Source of the DNA: a virus
Taxonomy: Duplodnaviria; Caudoviricetes
Reading direction: 5' to 3' (one strand)
Length of the DNA: 24,016 nt
Virus record (IMG/VR): IMGVR_UViG_3300037991_003682
Location: 1-24,016 of that record
Shown here: positions 22,983 through 24,016 of the stretch, in pieces
How the letters are laid out: every line of letters begins with the position of its first letter
How positions within the stretch are numbered: the stretch's first letter is position 1
Notes under the pieces: generated by a model
Told to the model about the DNA's origin: nothing
The model's database searches: none
Seen by the model: only the letters and a program-made list of their open reading frames with translations
Position numbers and translations under genes: made by a program

Positions 22983-24016
22983 TTATGAACTTTTACTTGA
23001 AGCTAATACTAATGCATTACCTGCTTTACTACCATCGATAAATACATCACCACCTTCTTTAACAACCGCTATTAATTCATCTAGCTTAGCTGCTACAGCA
23101 TCATTACCTCCTGATTGACCTCCTGTAATACCTGCTACCATTTGTCCTAAACCTCCAGCTAATGCTAACATAGGTGCTGCTATTGCTGCTGTAGTTAGTA
23201 GTCCTTGTAATTCGTTTAGTTTTTCTACCTCAAGTTCATTAAGGTTATCTTTTAAAAGCCCTATATTTTCTGCTAATGCTCTTACTCCGGTACCTGCTGC
23301 TTGAAGACTACTACCTATTGAAGCTATACCTGCTAATACAGCCAAACCTGGAAGTGCAAATAATGCTCCTACTCCTAATGACATTAATCCAGCTCCTAAA
23401 CTCATAAATGCTAATCCAGCAACAGCTAATCCTGGTGCTATTGCAGCTATTTCACCTAAAGATGTAATTACTCCTATAATATCAACTTGTCCTAAAAGAG
23501 CAAAAGCTCCAGCCATAGGTAGTAAAGAAAGCCCTAATGCTGCGATTGCTGCTGCTCCTGCAAATATGAAAGGTGCTAAAAACCCTAATCCTGCTGCTGC
23601 TAATCCTAATAACGGTACTGCAATAGAAAATGCAATCATTTTACCTGTATCTACTTCACTTAATAAGCTGAATGCATATGCTGCTGGTATTAAAGCTACT
23701 GCTAATATACCCATTGCTAAGGCTCCTTGAATAACTGAAGAACCTATTTTACCTAAAAGAGCTAAAGTTAAACCTAACATAGTTAAAGAACCAGAAAAAG
23801 CTATCATTTTAGCTGGGTCTACGTCTTTTACCATCATTAATGCTAAAGCAAATGAACCTCCTAATGCTAGACCGGCTATAGCTATTGCACCTGCACCTTT
23901 AATAACATCCATAGCTTTTTTACCGATATGAGCTAATCCATCACCTAAACCTTGTAAAAATCCTTTAATACCTTGTCCTTTTTTAGGATCCATACCTTTA
24001 GTATTTTTAGTAAGAT
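22983..24016 (-). CDS. Tail tape measure protein, C-terminal part (5' end outside the window)
   Basis: Frame stays open from 23993 to the window edge; Ala/Gly/Leu-rich helical repeats; C-terminal KLDELIAVVKEGGDVFIDGSKAG; upstream of baseplate genes. Confidence 0.85.
   Translation of the reverse strand, partial: LTKNTKGMDPKKGQGIKGFLQGLGDGLAHIGKKAMDVIKGAGAIAIAGLALGGSFALALMMVKDVDPAKMIAFSGSLTMLGLTLALLGKIGSSVIQGALAMGILAVALIPAAYAFSLLSEVDTGKMIAFSIAVPLLGLAAAGLGFLAPFIFAGAAAIAALGLSLLPMAGAFALLGQVDIIGVITSLGEIAAIAPGLAVAGLAFMSLGAGLMSLGVGALFALPGLAVLAGIASIGSSLQAAGTGVRALAENIGLLKDNLNELEVEKLNELQGLLTTAAIAAPMLALAGGLGQMVAGITGGQSGGNDAVAAKLDELIAVVKEGGDVFIDGSKAGNALVLASSKSS
23481..23906 (-). repeat. 56-aa periodic protein repeat in the tape measure protein
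   Basis: VD at ORF-track residues 58, 114 and 170 (KDVDPAKMIAFS / SEVDTGKMIAFS / GQVDIIG), an exact 56-residue spacing. Confidence 0.75.

Noticed and set aside
1-24016. tRNA, rRNA, CRISPR array, IS element or integrase
   Set aside because: The largest intergenic gap is 80 nt and has no cloverleaf; no repeat-spacer pattern, transposase or recombinase motifs were seen.
1-24016. Stop-codon reassignment as seen in some Bacteroidota phages
   Set aside because: Genes are full length under code 11, and TAA, TAG and TGA each end genes at sensible positions.

Overview
A gene-dense, AT-rich segment of a large tailed dsDNA phage (myovirus-like), probably infecting marine Bacteroidota/Flavobacteria. 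Host evidence: no Shine-Dalgarno motifs, TTG-N20-TA promoters, and signal peptides followed by Gln. All genes are on the minus strand. Reading right to left: tape measure and baseplate genes; a T4-like replication block (SSB, UvsX/RecA, 5'-3' exonuclease, DnaB/gp41 helicase) led by an unusually small, divergent family A polymerase; class I ribonucleotide reductase (nrdB-nrdA); a self-contained envelope operon (outer-membrane beta-barrel, membrane-anchored coiled coil, exported redox-dead thioredoxin fold); thioredoxin; a QueC lacking its zinc cysteines; and an AT-richer modification cassette (sulfotransferase-like, radical SAM, NDP-sugar epimerase, carbamoyltransferase). Two recurring promoter motifs and two terminators are visible. 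The most unusual signals are the envelope operon, the mini-PolA with a substituted steric gate, and recurring GC3-rich, hairpin-dense islands inside coding sequence. All calls come from motif recognition by eye; no database searches or folding calculations were run.
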